A DNA stretch of 64,000 nt from Candidatus Caribbeanibacter nitroreducens (GTDB lineage Bacteria; Gemmatimonadota; Gemmatimonadetes; Palauibacterales; Palauibacteraceae). The position numbers and the translations under genes are program-made. The notes under the pieces were generated by a model. That model was given only the letters and a program-made list of their open reading frames with translations, made no database searches and was not told the DNA's origin. Below, piece by piece: positions 27,491 through 38,537 of this stretch. The DNA is taken from assembly GCA_947581645.1 (NCBI GenBank), contig CANPVF010000123.1, positions 12,838-76,837 of the forward strand. The letters run 5' to 3'. Within the stretch, counting starts at the first letter, position 1. The number at the start of each line of letters is the position of its first letter.

Positions 27491-29134
27491 ATGCGAGTAC
27501 CCGAGGCCCTGGGGGCGGGCCTGGTGGAGCTGGGCGTGGATCACGTCTTCGGCGTCGTCGGGAGCGGCAACTTCGAGGTCACGAACGCCCTGGAGGCCGC
27601 CGGCGCCCGTTTCGTGGCCGCCCGCCACGAGTGCGGGGCCGTGTGCATGGCCGACGGCTACGCCCGCGTCACGGGCCGCGTGGGCGTGGCCACGGTCCAC
27701 CAGGGCCCGGGCCTCACCAACGCCGCCACCGGGCTCACGGAGGCCGCCAAGGCGCGCACGCCCCTGCTCCTCCTCGCCGGCGACACCTCCGCCGGAGCCG
27801 TGCGCTCCAACTTCCGCATCGACCAGGACGACCTGGCGGAGTCGGTGGAGGCCGTGCCGGAGCGGGTCCACTCGCCGGAGAGCGCCATGGAGGACCTGGC
27901 CCGGGCTCACCGCCGGGCCGTCCGGGACCGACGTGCGGTGGTGCTGAACCTCCCGCTGGACGTGCAGTCCGGCCGGGTACCCGACGGGGCCGAGCTCCCG
28001 CCCTCGCCGTCCCTCCGCCCGCCGCCCCCCGGTGAGGAGGCGGTCCGGGAGGTGGCGGACCTGGTAGAGCGGGCCGAGCGTCCGGCCATCGTCGCCGGAC
28101 GGGGCGCCGTGCTCTCCGGCGCCGGGGAGAGCCTGGAGGAGCTGGGCCGGCGGATCGGGGCCGTCCTGGCCACCTCCGCCAACGGAAACGGCCTGTTCGC
28201 CGACAGCCCGTACGCCGTCGGCATCTCCGGAGGGTTCGCCTCGCCGACGGCCGCGGAGCTCCTGGAGGAGGCCGACCTCCTGCTGGCCTTCGGCGCCTCG
28301 CTCAACATGTGGACCACGCGGCACGGTACCTTCGCCGGCCCGGACACGGCGGTGGTCCAGGTGGACGTGGAGCCCGCGGCCATCGGGGCCGAGCGGCCGG
28401 TGGACGCCGGGATCGTGGCCGACGCCGATCGGACCGCTCGTGCCCTGACGGCCGAGCTGGACCGACGCGGGCACGACGCAACGGGATTCCGGGGCGAGGG
28501 GCTCGAGGACCGGATCGCCGCCGGACGCTGGAAGGAGGAGCCCTACGAGGACGAGTCCACCGCCCGCACCGTGGACCCCCGGACGCTCTCCGTCGCCCTG
28601 GACGAGCTGCTGCCCGAGGAGCGGACCCTGGCCGTGGACTCCGGCCACTTCATGGGATGGCCGGCCATGTACCTGGACGTCCCGGACCCGGCCGGCTTCG
28701 TCTTCAACCAGTCCTACCAGTCGGTGGGGCTGGGGCTCGGAGCGGCCATCGGCGCCGCGGTGGCCCGCCCGGACCGGATCACCGTGGCGGCGCTGGGCGA
28801 CGGCGGCGCCTTCATGGCCCTGGGAGAGCTGGACACCGCCGCGCGCCTCGACCTGCCGCTTCTGGCGGTGGTCTACAACGATTCCGCGTACGGGGCCGAG
28901 GTGCACCACTTCGGGCCCCACGGCGATCCGGTGGACATCGTCCAGTTCCCGGACAGCGACTTCGCGGCCCTGGGCCGGGCCGCCGGCTGCCGGGGCGTCA
29001 CCGTGCGCTCCCGCGACGACCTGGCCCCCGTGGCCGACTGGGCCGGGGAGCCGGACGGCCCCCTGGTCGTGGACGCGAAGGTCACCCCGGACGTCGTCGC
29101 CGGGTGGCTGGAGGACGCCTTCCGAGCCCACTGA
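27491..29134 (+). CDS. thiamine-pyrophosphate-dependent enzyme (acetolactate synthase / benzoylformate decarboxylase-like)
   Basis: Three-domain TPP enzyme layout: N-terminal Pyr domain 'GVDHVFGVVGSGN', central domain, and C-terminal PP domain with 'GDGGAFMAL...NDSAYG' Mg-TPP motif (GDG-x24-NN like). RBS GGAGAGGAAC before ATG. Confidence 0.8.
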   Translation: MRVPEALGAGLVELGVDHVFGVVGSGNFEVTNALEAAGARFVAARHECGAVCMADGYARVTGRVGVATVHQGPGLTNAATGLTEAAKARTPLLLLAGDTSAGAVRSNFRIDQDDLAESVEAVPERVHSPESAMEDLARAHRRAVRDRRAVVLNLPLDVQSGRVPDGAELPPSPSLRPPPPGEEAVREVADLVERAERPAIVAGRGAVLSGAGESLEELGRRIGAVLATSANGNGLFADSPYAVGISGGFASPTAAELLEEADLLLAFGASLNMWTTRHGTFAGPDTAVVQVDVEPAAIGAERPVDAGIVADADRTARALTAELDRRGHDATGFRGEGLEDRIAAGRWKEEPYEDESTARTVDPRTLSVALDELLPEERTLAVDSGHFMGWPAMYLDVPDPAGFVFNQSYQSVGLGLGAAIGAAVARPDRITVAALGDGGAFMALGELDTAARLDLPLLAVVYNDSAYGAEVHHFGPHGDPVDIVQFPDSDFAALGRAAGCRGVTVRSRDDLAPVADWAGEPDGPLVVDAKVTPDVVAGWLEDAFRAH

Positions 29135-29171
29135 TCGACGCGACACTCGAACGCAGCCCGGAGGAGACCGC

Positions 29172-29948
29172 ATGAGCACGCTGGCCGACCTCGCCGCAGG
29201 CATGAGCGACGGCTCCGTGGAGGTGGTGGACCTGACCGCCCCGCTGAGCGAGGAGACACCCGTCATCCAGCTCCCGGAGCCCCTGGCCAACACCCCGGGG
29301 CTGAGAATCGAGGAGCTGAGCCGGTACGACGACCGGGGGCCGGCCTGGTACTGGAACGTCCTGCACGTGGGCGAGCACGCCGGGACCCACTTCGACGCCC
29401 CCGTGCACTGGGTCACCGGCGAGGACGGCCCCGACGTCTCCGAAGTGCCGGCCGAGGACCTGGTGGGGCCCGCGGCGGTCATCGACATGAGCCGGGAGGT
29501 GGAGGAGGACCCCGACTTCCTGCTGGAGGTGGAGCACGTCCGCCGGTGGGAGGAGGAGCACGGCTCGCTGCCCGAGGGAGGCTGGCTCCTCTACCGGACC
29601 GGATGGGACGCCCGCTCGGAGGACGAGGAGGCCTTCCTCAACGTCGACGGGGACGGCGTCTCACACACCCCCGGCATCTCGGTGGAGTGCGCCCGCTGGC
29701 TGGCCCAGGAGGCACCGATCGTCGGCCTGGGCGTCGAGACGGTGGGCACGGACGCCGGGGCCGCGGCGGACTTCGACCCGCCGTTCCCCGTGCACTCTTT
29801 CCTCCTCGGGGCGGAGAAGTACGGCGTCACGCAGCTCCAGAATCTCGACCGGTTGCCGCCGACGGGGAGCATCGTGATGGTGGCACCGCTGCCCGTGGAG
29901 GACGGGTCGGGCAGCCCGTGCCGGGTTCTCGCACTGACGACACACTGA
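29172..29948 (+). CDS. cyclase-family protein (kynurenine formamidase-like)
   Basis: 'HVGEHAGTHFDAPVHW' (HxGTHxDxPxH) motif characteristic of the putative cyclase/arylformamidase family. Confidence 0.75.
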   Translation: MSTLADLAAGMSDGSVEVVDLTAPLSEETPVIQLPEPLANTPGLRIEELSRYDDRGPAWYWNVLHVGEHAGTHFDAPVHWVTGEDGPDVSEVPAEDLVGPAAVIDMSREVEEDPDFLLEVEHVRRWEEEHGSLPEGGWLLYRTGWDARSEDEEAFLNVDGDGVSHTPGISVECARWLAQEAPIVGLGVETVGTDAGAAADFDPPFPVHSFLLGAEKYGVTQLQNLDRLPPTGSIVMVAPLPVEDGSGSPCRVLALTTH

Positions 29949-29958
29949 GGAGGAGAAG

Positions 29959-30231
29959 ATGGTCGCTGCAGTGGTGATGATCGACTGCGTACGGGACGCG
30001 ATCCCCGACGTGGCGAAGGAGGTCGCCGGCATCGAGGGCGTCGCCGAGACGTACTCGGTCTCCGGCAAGCGCGACGTGGTCGCCATCGTCCGCGTCACCG
30101 AGTGGGAGCGGATCGCGGAGGTCGTGACCGAGGGCATCGCCGACGTGGACGGCATCGAGGACACGGAGACCATGGTGGCCTTCCGGGTCCACTCCGACCG
30201 CGAGCTGGCGGCGGCCTACGAGGGGTTCTAG
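29959..30231 (+). CDS. Lrp/AsnC ligand-binding (RAM) domain stand-alone protein
   Basis: 90 aa; 'VVMIDCVRDAIPDVAKEVAGIEGVAETYSVSGKRDVVAIVRV' matches the AsnC_trans_reg/RAM domain pattern. No HTH. Confidence 0.6.
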   Translation: MVAAVVMIDCVRDAIPDVAKEVAGIEGVAETYSVSGKRDVVAIVRVTEWERIAEVVTEGIADVDGIEDTETMVAFRVHSDRELAAAYEGF

Positions 30232-30301
30232 CAGACCATCCGGCGGGGACGGTGCCGCGCATCCCCGGGAGACCGACCGGGGGACCGGCCCTCCCGGGGC
30301 G

Positions 30302-31081
30302 CTACCGCCCCTCGAACTCCGCCTCCCGCTTCTCCAGGAAGGCGCTGACCCCCTCCTCCTTGTCGTCGGTGGAGAAGAGGAGGCTGAACCAGCCGCGCTC
30401 GAACTTGAGGCCCTGGTCCAGGGGCATCCGGCGGGAGGCCAGGATCGACTCCTTGGCGGCCTGCAGCGCCACCGGGCTCTTGTCGCCGATGGTCCGGGCC
30501 AGCTCCATGGACTCCTCCCGGAGCCGCTCGTCCTCGGTGACCTGGTCGACGAGACCGATCTCGCCGGCCCGCTCCGCGCTGATCTGCTCGCCGGTGAGCA
30601 CCATCCGCATGGCCTGTCCCTCGCCCACCAGGCGCGGCAGCCGCTGGGTCCCGCCGCCGCCGGGGATGATCCCCAGGTTGATCTCGGGCTGACCGAGGCG
30701 GGCGGACTCCGCCGCCACCCGGATGTCGCACGCCATGGCCAGCTCGCACCCTCCGCCGAGGCAGTAGCCGTTGATCATGGCGATCACCGGCTTCGGGAAC
30801 TCCTCGACGCGGGAGTAGATGTCGCCGGCCTGCATGCTCCGGTACTGCTCCACGGGACGGGCGTCCCTGAACTCGCCGATGTCCGCCCCGGCGACGAAGG
30901 CCTTGTCGCCGGCCCCGGTGAGGACCACGACGCGGACGTCGTCGTCCTCCTTCAGCTCGTCCAGCGCCCCCGTGATGGCGCACCGCACCTCGCCGTTCAG
31001 GGCGTTCATCTTGTCCGGGCGGTTCACCGTGAGCAGCGCCACGTGACCGTCCAGCTTCTCCGTCGTCAGCACGTCGCTCAT
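30302..31081 (-). CDS. enoyl-CoA hydratase (crotonase)
   Basis: 'LTVNRPDKMNAL', 'GAGDKAFVAGADI', 'INGYCLGGGCELAMACD' are canonical crotonase motifs. Confidence 0.85.
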   Translation of the reverse strand: MSDVLTTEKLDGHVALLTVNRPDKMNALNGEVRCAITGALDELKEDDDVRVVVLTGAGDKAFVAGADIGEFRDARPVEQYRSMQAGDIYSRVEEFPKPVIAMINGYCLGGGCELAMACDIRVAAESARLGQPEINLGIIPGGGGTQRLPRLVGEGQAMRMVLTGEQISAERAGEIGLVDQVTEDERLREESMELARTIGDKSPVALQAAKESILASRRMPLDQGLKFERGWFSLLFSTDDKEEGVSAFLEKREAEFEGR

Positions 31082-31136
31082 CGTCTGTCTCCTCGGTCCG
31101 ACGTCGTCGTTCGCTCGCGTCTCTCCGTCGCTGCCG

Positions 31137-32087
31137 TCACCACTGGTAGAAGCCCTCGCCGCTCTTCCTCCCGAGCCGGCCCTCCTCGACCATCTCCACC
31201 AGCAGCTCCGGCGGTTCGAAGCGGTCCCCCTCCAGCTCGCTGTCCAGGTAGCGCGCGATCTCCAGGCGCGTGTCCAGGCCCACCAGGTCGGTGAGCCGGA
31301 GGGGACCGATGGGGTGGTTGTAGCCGAGCTCCATGGCCTGATCGATGTCCTCGGCCGACGCCACGCCCTCCTGGAGCATCCGGATCGCCTCGAGCCCCAG
31401 GACCACGCCCAGGCGCGAGGAGGCGAACCCCGGGGAGTCGCAGACCACGATGGGCGTCTTGTCGGCCTCGCGGGCCAGGGCCACGGCGCGGGCCACCTGC
31501 CGCGGGTCGCTCTCGTCGCCGCGCACCACCTCCACCAGGTCCATGATGTGGACCGGGTTGAAGAAGTGGGTGCCCACGACCCGCTCCCGCGGTTCCAGGG
31601 CCGCGGCCAGGTCGGTGATCGAGAGCGAGGAGGTGTTGCTGGCCAGCAGCGCGTCGTCCGCGGCGTGGGCGGCGGCCTCGGCCAGCACCTCCTGCTTCAG
31701 CTCCAGGTCCTCGGGCACCGCCTCGATGACCACGGCGGCCCCGGCGGCCGCCTCCGACACCGTGCTGCAGGTGGTGAGCCGGGAGAGGGCGCCGTCGCGC
31801 GTCATCGGCGCCACCTTCTCCAGCTCCACGCCCTGCTCCAGGTTGTCGCGGATCCGGGCCACCGCGTGCTCGAGGGCCTCGGGGTCCACGTCCTGCAGGC
31901 GGACGGGATGGCCCGCCATCGCCATCAGCTGCGCGATGCCGTGCCCCATCGTCCCGGCGCCCAGGACGGCCACCAGCCCCTCGGGCGCCGGCTCGTCCTC
32001 CGGCAGGTCCTCGGTGGCCGGGCACTCTTCGAGCACGCCGGCGAAGGAGGTGGGGCGGGGGGATTCCCCGGTCTCGCCGTCATCCAT
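31137..32087 (-). CDS. 3-hydroxyacyl-CoA dehydrogenase (3-hydroxybutyryl-CoA dehydrogenase-like)
   Basis: NAD Rossmann 'VAVLGAGTMGHGIAQ', 'NTSSLSIT', and C-terminal 3HCDH domain 'GPLRLTDLVGLD'. Confidence 0.85.
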   Translation of the reverse strand: MDDGETGESPRPTSFAGVLEECPATEDLPEDEPAPEGLVAVLGAGTMGHGIAQLMAMAGHPVRLQDVDPEALEHAVARIRDNLEQGVELEKVAPMTRDGALSRLTTCSTVSEAAAGAAVVIEAVPEDLELKQEVLAEAAAHAADDALLASNTSSLSITDLAAALEPRERVVGTHFFNPVHIMDLVEVVRGDESDPRQVARAVALAREADKTPIVVCDSPGFASSRLGVVLGLEAIRMLQEGVASAEDIDQAMELGYNHPIGPLRLTDLVGLDTRLEIARYLDSELEGDRFEPPELLVEMVEEGRLGRKSGEGFYQW

Positions 32088-32610
32088 CGATCTGATCCTC
32101 CGGTGGCTCTGACCAGTCCAGCGGGCGGCGGCGCATGACCTCGACGGCCCGGAAGCCGAGCTCGTCGGCGATCTCGTTGGCCAGCACGTTGTCGGCCCCG
32201 GTGAACATCCGGAGCTCGGTCAGCTCCAGCTCCCGGGCCCAGCGGAAGGCGGCGGAGAGGAGCCGCTTCAGGTTGCCCCGCTTCCGGGCGTCGGGCCGGA
32301 CGTAGGGCGTCTGCAGCCGCGCGTACTGCGGGGGCTGGAAGTAGGGAAGGTTGTCCTCGACGAAGCAGGTGAGCATGCCGTCCAGGCCGCCGTCCTTGCG
32401 GGCGATCACGAAGACCGCCGACTCCTCGCCGCCGATGTGGCGCCGGAAGAACTCCTTCCGCTCCGCCAGGGCGTCGGGCGCCGGGCGGTAGGCCGGGTTG
32501 TCCCGGTGCGCCCGGATGTAGTGGCTCCACAGGGCCACGACCTCCTCGAGGTCGGCCTCCGTGGCCCGACGCACCTCCGTCTCGTCGTTCATCGCGTTCC
32601 GTTCGCTCAT
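32080..32610 (-). CDS. GNAT-family N-acetyltransferase
   Basis: 176 aa; acetyl-CoA binding region '[25 protein letters not shown]' (R/Q-x-x-G-x-G/A-like motif A). Confidence 0.7.
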   Translation of the reverse strand: MSERNAMNDETEVRRATEADLEEVVALWSHYIRAHRDNPAYRPAPDALAERKEFFRRHIGGEESAVFVIARKDGGLDGMLTCFVEDNLPYFQPPQYARLQTPYVRPDARKRGNLKRLLSAAFRWARELELTELRMFTGADNVLANEIADELGFRAVEVMRRRPLDWSEPPEDQIDG

Positions 32611-33443
32611 GTCCCGAATTCGGGGTCGCGCTTCTCCAGGAAGGCCCGGACGCCCTCGCGGGCGTCCGGAGACTCGAAGCAGCGGGTCTGCGCCTCGAGC
32701 TCGTAGTCCAGCATCTCCTCCAGCGAGGCGTCCAGGCTCCGGCGCACGGCCCGCTTCGCCAGGCGGAGCGGCAGGGCCGGCTTCTCGACCAGCCGTCCGG
32801 CCAGCTCCTCGACTTCCGTCCGCAGCTCGTCGTCGGCCACGACGCGGTTGACCAGCCCGATGCGCTCCGCCTCACGGGCCTCCACCATCTCGCCGGTGAA
32901 GATCAGCTCCGCGGCCTTCGCCGGGCCGACCAGGCGGGGGAGAAAGTACGTGCCGCCCCAGTCCGGGTGCAGGCCGATGCGGTTGAAGGTCTGTCCGATG
33001 CTGGCGCTCTCGGCGGCGATCCTCAGGTCACAGGAGAGGGCCAGGTTCGCCCCGCCGCCGGCCGCCGGGCCGTTCAGCGCGGCGATCACCGGCTTCGGCA
33101 TCTCCACCACCGCCGTCACCACCCGGCGGCCGGCGTCCACCAGGGCCCGCGCCTCCTCCAGCCGCTGGCCCTCGATGAGTTCGGACAGATAGCGGACGTC
33201 GGCGCCGGCGGCGAAGGCCCGCCCCCGGCCCGTCACGACCACCACGCGGGCCTCGTCGTCGGCTCCGAGCCGCTCCAGTCCGTCGGCGATCTCGTCCCGC
33301 ATGTCGCCGTGGAAGGCGTTCAGCTTCTCGGGCCGGTTCAGGGTGAGGCGGCCCACGCCGTCCTCCACCGAGACCAGGACCCGGGGCTCCTCCCCGGCAG
33401 CCCCGGACTCCCCCGTCGTCCCGTCGCCGGCGGCCGGGCTCAC
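32607..33443 (-). CDS. enoyl-CoA hydratase/isomerase family protein
   Basis: Crotonase motifs '[12 protein letters not shown]', '[12 protein letters not shown]', '[18 protein letters not shown]'. GTG start overlapping the thiolase stop (GTGA); the track ORF's longer N-extension is spurious. Confidence 0.75.
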   Translation of the reverse strand: MSPAAGDGTTGESGAAGEEPRVLVSVEDGVGRLTLNRPEKLNAFHGDMRDEIADGLERLGADDEARVVVVTGRGRAFAAGADVRYLSELIEGQRLEEARALVDAGRRVVTAVVEMPKPVIAALNGPAAGGGANLALSCDLRIAAESASIGQTFNRIGLHPDWGGTYFLPRLVGPAKAAELIFTGEMVEAREAERIGLVNRVVADDELRTEVEELAGRLVEKPALPLRLAKRAVRRSLDASLEEMLDYELEAQTRCFESPDAREGVRAFLEKRDPEFGT

Positions 33444-34684
33444 GTCGTCCCCTCGCGGTGGACGACCGAGGCGATGCCCTGTCCCACGCCGATGCACATG
33501 GTCACCAGGCCGGTGTCGGCCCCGCGTCGTCCCATCTCGTGCACCAGGGTGGTGAGCAGCCGGGCCCCGGTGCACCCCAGGGGATGGCCCAGGGCGATGG
33601 CCCCGCCGTTCACGTTCACCCGCTCCGGGTCCAGGCCCAGCTCGTCGATGCACGGGAGCGCCTGGGCGGCGAAGGCCTCGTTCAGCTCCACCAGGTCCAG
33701 GTCGCCGGCCTCCAGCCCGGCCCGGTCCAGGGCCTTGCGGGTCGCGGGGATGGGGCCGAGGCCCATGCAGGAGGGGTCGACGCCGGCCACGGCGGATCTC
33801 CCCACCCGTGCCATCGGCTCCAGCCCCAGCTCGCCGGCGGCGCGGCGGCTGGTCACCAGCAGGGCCGCCGCCCCGTCGTTGATCCCGGACGAGGTGCCCG
33901 CGGTCACGGTGCCGTCCTCGCGGAAGGCCGGCGGCAGCCGGGTCAGGCCCTCCGCCGTCACGCTCGGGCGCGGGTGCTCGTCCTTCTCCACGGTGACCGT
34001 CTCCCCGTCCGGGCCCGGCGCCTCCACGGGCACGATCTCGTCCTGGAAGCGGTCCTCCTCCAGGGCCCGGGCCGCCCGGCGCTGGCTCTCGGCGGCGAAG
34101 GCCTCCTGCTCCTCGCGGCTCACTCCGTACCGGTCGGCCACCACCTCGGCGGTCTCGCCCAGCCCCACGGTCCACTCCTCGGGCATCTCCGGGTTGGTGA
34201 AGCGCCACCCGACGGTGGTGTCCTCGGTGTCGGGGGAGGTCCGCGGGAAGCCGCGCTCGGGCTTGAGCGTCACCCAGGGGGCGCGGGACATGCTCTCCAC
34301 GCCGCCGGCGACGAAGACCTCGCCCTCGCCGCACCGGATCGATTGCCCGGCGCTGACCACGGCCTGCAGGCCGGAGCCGCAGAGACGGTTCACGGTCTGC
34401 CCGGCGACCTCCACCGGGAGGCCGGCCAGGAGGGCGGACATCCGGGCCACGTTGCGGTTGTCCTCGCCCGCCTGGTTCGTGCACCCCATGACCACGTCCT
34501 CCACCCGGTCGGGCGGGACGCCGGTGCGCTCCACCAGCGCCTCGATGGCCCGGGCCAGCAGGTCGTCCGGGCGGACGCGGGCCAGGGCGCCGCCGTGTCG
34601 CCCCACGGGGGTACGGACGGCGTCGACGACGACCGGATCCAGCGGTCCGTCCGCCCCCTCCCGGCTCAGTCCAGGTTCACCCAT
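33440..34684 (-). CDS. acetyl-CoA C-acyltransferase (thiolase)
   Basis: Thiolase active-site regions ('[11 protein letters not shown]' Cys, 'NEAFAAQ', C-terminal '[11 protein letters not shown]' and 'MCIGVGQG'). ATG at 34684 gives a typical '[15 protein letters not shown]' N-terminus. Confidence 0.85.
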   Translation of the reverse strand: MGEPGLSREGADGPLDPVVVDAVRTPVGRHGGALARVRPDDLLARAIEALVERTGVPPDRVEDVVMGCTNQAGEDNRNVARMSALLAGLPVEVAGQTVNRLCGSGLQAVVSAGQSIRCGEGEVFVAGGVESMSRAPWVTLKPERGFPRTSPDTEDTTVGWRFTNPEMPEEWTVGLGETAEVVADRYGVSREEQEAFAAESQRRAARALEEDRFQDEIVPVEAPGPDGETVTVEKDEHPRPSVTAEGLTRLPPAFREDGTVTAGTSSGINDGAAALLVTSRRAAGELGLEPMARVGRSAVAGVDPSCMGLGPIPATRKALDRAGLEAGDLDLVELNEAFAAQALPCIDELGLDPERVNVNGGAIALGHPLGCTGARLLTTLVHEMGRRGADTGLVTMCIGVGQGIASVVHREGTT

Positions 34685-36105
34685 ACGCTCTTCGTCTGGG
34701 TGTATTCGTCCAGGGCCTGCTTCCCGAGCTCGCGGCCGAACCCGGACTGCTTGTAGCCGCCGAAGGGGGACGCGCTGTCGTAGCGGTTGTAGGTGTTCAC
34801 CCACACCGTGCCCGCCTGCACGTCCCGGGCGAAGCGGTGCGCCTTCCCCACGTCGCGTGTCCACACGCCGGCGGCCAGCCCGTAGATGGTCTGGTTGGCC
34901 TGCTCGACGGCGTTCTCCAGTCCGTCGAAGGTCAGGGTGGCCAGCACCGGCCCGAAGATCTCCTCCCGGGCGATGGTCATCTCGGGGTCCACGTCGTCGA
35001 AGATCGTGGCCTCGACGAAGTAGCCGGTCCCGTCGACGGAGGTGGTCCCGCCGCCGGCCACCAGGCGGGCGCCATCGTCGCGTCCGGCCTCGATGTACTT
35101 CATCACCCGATCCCGCTGCTCCGCGGAGACCAGGGGGCCGAGCCGCGTGCCCGCCTCGGTGGGGTCGCCGGGCTTCATCTTCTCGGTCCGCTCCAGGAGC
35201 CGTTCCATGAACTCGTCGTGGATCGACTCCTCCAGGTACAGGCGGGAGCCCGCGGCACAGACCTCCCCCTTGCCGTAGAAGATGCCGGTGGTGGCGCCGC
35301 GGACGGCGGCCTCCACGTCGGCGTCGGCGAAGACCACGTTCGGCGACTTGCCGCCCAGCTCCAGGTGGACCTCGGTCAGGTTCTCGGCCGCCGACCGCAT
35401 CACCTTCTTACCCGTTTCCACCGAGCCGGTGAAGGAGATCTTGTCCACGTACGGGTGCTCCACCAGCGCCTGGCCCGTGGGCTCGCCGCGGCCCGGAATC
35501 ACGTTCAGCACGCCGGGCGGGAAGCCGGCCTCCAGGGCCAGCTCCCCGAGCTTGAGGGCCGTGAGCGGCGTCTGCTCCGCGGGCTTCAGCACCACCGAGT
35601 TCCCGCAGGCGAGCGCCGGAGCCACCTTCCAGGAGGCCAGCGATAGCGGGTAGTTCCACGGGACGATGGCTCCCACCACGCCCAGGGGCTCCCGCCTCGT
35701 GTAATTCAGGAAGGGGCCGGAGACGGGAATCGTCTTCCCGCCCACCTTGTCGGCCCACCCGGCGAAGTAGCGGTAGTTCTCGATCACCGACGGGAGGTCG
35801 ACGCGGGAGGACTCGAAGGAGGGCTTGCCGTTGTCCCGCGTCTCGATTTCGGCCAGCTCCGACGCCCGCTCCTCGATGAGGTCGGCGAGCCGGTTCAGGA
35901 GTCGCGCGCGGTGGTGCGGGTCCATGCCCCGCCACTCGTCGCTCTCGAAGGCCTCCCGGGCCGACCGGACGGCGTCGTCCACCTGGTCCGGTCCGGCCTC
36001 CGCCACCTCGGCGATGGTCTCCTCGGTGAACGGGTTCACGTCCTCGAAGCGGCCGGCCCCGTCGACCCACTCGCCGCCGATCAGGAGATCGGTCCTGAGC
36101 TCCAT
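34666..36105 (-). CDS. NAD(P)-dependent aldehyde dehydrogenase
   Basis: ALDH signatures 'ELGGKSP' (catalytic Glu) and '[10 protein letters not shown]' (catalytic Cys), plus 'GYFVEATIF'. 479 aa. Confidence 0.9.
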   Translation of the reverse strand: MELRTDLLIGGEWVDGAGRFEDVNPFTEETIAEVAEAGPDQVDDAVRSAREAFESDEWRGMDPHHRARLLNRLADLIEERASELAEIETRDNGKPSFESSRVDLPSVIENYRYFAGWADKVGGKTIPVSGPFLNYTRREPLGVVGAIVPWNYPLSLASWKVAPALACGNSVVLKPAEQTPLTALKLGELALEAGFPPGVLNVIPGRGEPTGQALVEHPYVDKISFTGSVETGKKVMRSAAENLTEVHLELGGKSPNVVFADADVEAAVRGATTGIFYGKGEVCAAGSRLYLEESIHDEFMERLLERTEKMKPGDPTEAGTRLGPLVSAEQRDRVMKYIEAGRDDGARLVAGGGTTSVDGTGYFVEATIFDDVDPEMTIAREEIFGPVLATLTFDGLENAVEQANQTIYGLAAGVWTRDVGKAHRFARDVQAGTVWVNTYNRYDSASPFGGYKQSGFGRELGKQALDEYTQTKSVWVNLD

Positions 36106-36115
36106 GGCGACCTCC

Positions 36116-36904
36116 TCAGGAACCGGAGAACTCGGCGTCGCGCTTCTCCAGATACGCGCTCAGGCCCTCGTCGGCGTCGGCCGACTGGAAGAGCTGCTGC
36201 TGCAGCTCCCGCTCGATGGCCAGGCCCTCGGAGAAGGGGACCTCGCAGCCGCTGCACACGGCGCGCTTGATGCCCCCCACCGCCTTCGACGCCTTGTTCG
36301 GCGGGGTGAAGCCGCGGGCGTAGTCCATGACCTGGTCCAGGAAGTCGTCGCCCTCGAAGACCTTGTTGAGCAGGCCGAGCTCCTCGCCCCGGTCGAAGCC
36401 GAAGGTGTCGCCCTCGGCCATGATCTCCACGGCCTTCGAGCGGCCGAGGATCCGGCCCAGGCGCTGCGTTCCGCCGGTGCCCGGCAGCACCCCCAGGTTC
36501 ACCTCGGGGAAGCCCATGGCCCCGGCGTCCTTCTTCGCGATTCGGAGGTCGGCGGCCAGGGCGATCTCCAGCCCGCCGCCGACGGTGTGGCCGTTCAGGG
36601 CGGCGATGACGAGCATGGGGCTCTGCTCCAGCCGGTTCAGGGTCTCGTTGGCGTGGAGACAGAAGTAGTACTTGAAGTGCGGATCCGACTCGTCGAGCAT
36701 CTGGATGTTGGCCCCGGCGGAGAAGAACTTGTCCCCGGCGCCGCGGAGAACCAGGACGTGGACGTCCTCGTCGAAGCGGGCGTCGAGGATCGCCTCGTCC
36801 ATCTGGCGCATCATCTCGTAGGTGTAGGTGTTGGCAGGAGGATCGTCCATCGTGATGATCCCCACGCCGTCGTCGACTTCGTAGTGGATGAGCTCGTCCG
36901 CCAT
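36116..36904 (-). CDS. enoyl-CoA hydratase/isomerase family protein
   Basis: ATG at 36904 with AGAGAGGAG RBS. Crotonase motifs 'GAGDKFFSAGANI', 'ALNGHTVGGGLEIALAAD'. Confidence 0.8.
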   Translation of the reverse strand: MADELIHYEVDDGVGIITMDDPPANTYTYEMMRQMDEAILDARFDEDVHVLVLRGAGDKFFSAGANIQMLDESDPHFKYYFCLHANETLNRLEQSPMLVIAALNGHTVGGGLEIALAADLRIAKKDAGAMGFPEVNLGVLPGTGGTQRLGRILGRSKAVEIMAEGDTFGFDRGEELGLLNKVFEGDDFLDQVMDYARGFTPPNKASKAVGGIKRAVCSGCEVPFSEGLAIERELQQQLFQSADADEGLSAYLEKRDAEFSGS

Positions 36905-37115
36905 GGTGGGCTCCTCTCTGTGTCCGAGTCGTGGCGCCGATCGCGGGCGGAGGACGACGACAGCGGTCCGGTCCCGGTGCGGTCGTCGTGCCCGTGCCTC
37001 GGGCTCCGGCAACGTGCGCGGAAGGAGCAAAGTATCCCTTCCGAACTCGCGTCCACAAGCAGACAGCCGGTCGGCGGCCCGCCCGGCGAGTCCTCAATCA
37101 GGAAGGTGGAGCAGG

Positions 37116-37514
37116 ATGGAGATCACGGTTCTGGGTGAGACGGAGCTGGTCGTCACGAACAGCGGCGCCGGGCTGACCGTCCGGGAAGAGGAGGGAGGGC
37201 GCTTCGGGCCGCTGCCGATGATGGCCGCGTCGCTGGGCACCTGTACCCTGTCGGTGCTCCTGAGCTGGGCGGAGAACGCCGACCTCGACCCCTCCGAGCT
37301 GGAGGTGGTCGTACGGTGGGAGTACGTGGACGACCCCTACCGCGTCGGGAGCTACGAACAGGAGATCCGCTGGCCGGGGCTCCCGGAGGATCGGTTCACG
37401 GCCGCCCGGCGCGTGGCCGACCAGTGCACGGTGCACCACACCCTGGAGCACCCGCCGGAGATGACCACGCGGGTGGCGGGCGACGGCGAGGACGGGGCGG
37501 ACGGGGACGAGTAA
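37116..37514 (+). CDS. OsmC/Ohr-family protein
   Basis: 132 aa; 'AASLGTCTLSVLLSWAEN' and 'ADQCTVHHTL' provide the two conserved Cys typical of OsmC-like peroxiredoxins. RBS GGAAGGTGGAG before ATG. Confidence 0.6.
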   Translation: MEITVLGETELVVTNSGAGLTVREEEGGRFGPLPMMAASLGTCTLSVLLSWAENADLDPSELEVVVRWEYVDDPYRVGSYEQEIRWPGLPEDRFTAARRVADQCTVHHTLEHPPEMTTRVAGDGEDGADGDE

Positions 37515-37569
37515 GGCCCCCGCGGGCGGCCCGTCGCGGGGGCGGCGATCCGCCGGTGGTGCCCGGCCG

Positions 37570-38403
37570 TCAGCCCCCCGGCTCCCGACCGACACGGCCC
37601 GGGTCCACGGCCCGGCCCTCGGGCCCCAGGTCGGGCTCCTCCCGCAGGTCGCTCCACAGGTACGCGGCCGTGCCGCCCAGGGCGATGACCGCGAAGCCGA
37701 ACCACTGGACCGCGTACCAGAAGTGCGGGCCGGGGTCCGGGGACGGCGCGGCCAGGACCTCCGGCAGGCGATCCTCCTCCCCGCCGGCTCTCCGTCGCTC
37801 GCCGCGCCCCTCCTCCGCCGTCCGCTGCACGTAGAGCGGAGCCACGGGGTACGGGAGCGAGTCCGCGAGGGCGGCCACGTCCACGTGGCTCGCCACCAGG
37901 TGCGGCTCCCCGTCCACCGAGTCCCGGGTGACGCCGGCTTCCTGTTCGGTGACGCTCGGAAGCAGGACGCCGGTCACCGAGACCGCGGAGTCGGGCCCGC
38001 TCGACGGCCTGCCCCGGGACAGGGGGGCGTGGACACCGTCGGCTGCGGGAATCCATCCGCGGACCACCAGGAGCGCCGGGGCCCCGTCGCGGCGGAGAGG
38101 GGTCACCACGTAGACGCCGGGCGTGCCGCCGTGGGCCCGGCCGCGGAGCACGATCTCGCGGCCGTAGTCGTACCGGCCCCCGACCCGAACCCGCCGCCAG
38201 GCCAGGGAGTCGGACGCCAGCGTCGTCGACGCGGCGTCCAGCGCCGGCGCCGACAGCCGGGAGCGGAGCGTGTCGTTCCGCGCCTGGCGCTGGCCGTGAC
38301 GGTCGGCCTGCCACAGCCCCAGGCCGGAGAAGAGGCCGGCCGCGCCGAGGGCCACGGCCAGCAGGATCCAGTGTCGGGTCTCGAGTCGGTGGAATCGGTT
38401 CAC
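37570..38403 (-). CDS. SURF1-family protein (cytochrome oxidase assembly)
   Basis: N- and C-terminal TM helices flanking a periplasmic domain, with conserved 'RGW' ('LLVVRGWIP') and 'HFWYAVQWFGFA' motifs typical of Surf1/Shy1. Confidence 0.7.
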   Translation of the reverse strand: MNRFHRLETRHWILLAVALGAAGLFSGLGLWQADRHGQRQARNDTLRSRLSAPALDAASTTLASDSLAWRRVRVGGRYDYGREIVLRGRAHGGTPGVYVVTPLRRDGAPALLVVRGWIPAADGVHAPLSRGRPSSGPDSAVSVTGVLLPSVTEQEAGVTRDSVDGEPHLVASHVDVAALADSLPYPVAPLYVQRTAEEGRGERRRAGGEEDRLPEVLAAPSPDPGPHFWYAVQWFGFAVIALGGTAAYLWSDLREEPDLGPEGRAVDPGRVGREPGG

Positions 38404-38537
38404 GGGGGCGGGAAACTCCGCCGCGTCCCTCGATGCGGCAACCGTCCCTGTCGCCGCCCGCGGGCCGGCTCCATCTTGGCCGTCCGCGGACGGGCTCGAA
38501 TCGAGGCGGTGCGCCGGACAGGGAGAGGAGAGGCGAC

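Noticed and set aside
32967-35210. 747-aa plus-strand ORF
   Set aside because: It is antisense to the thiolase, hydratase and ALDH genes, is Ser/Arg/Pro-rich, and is spurious.
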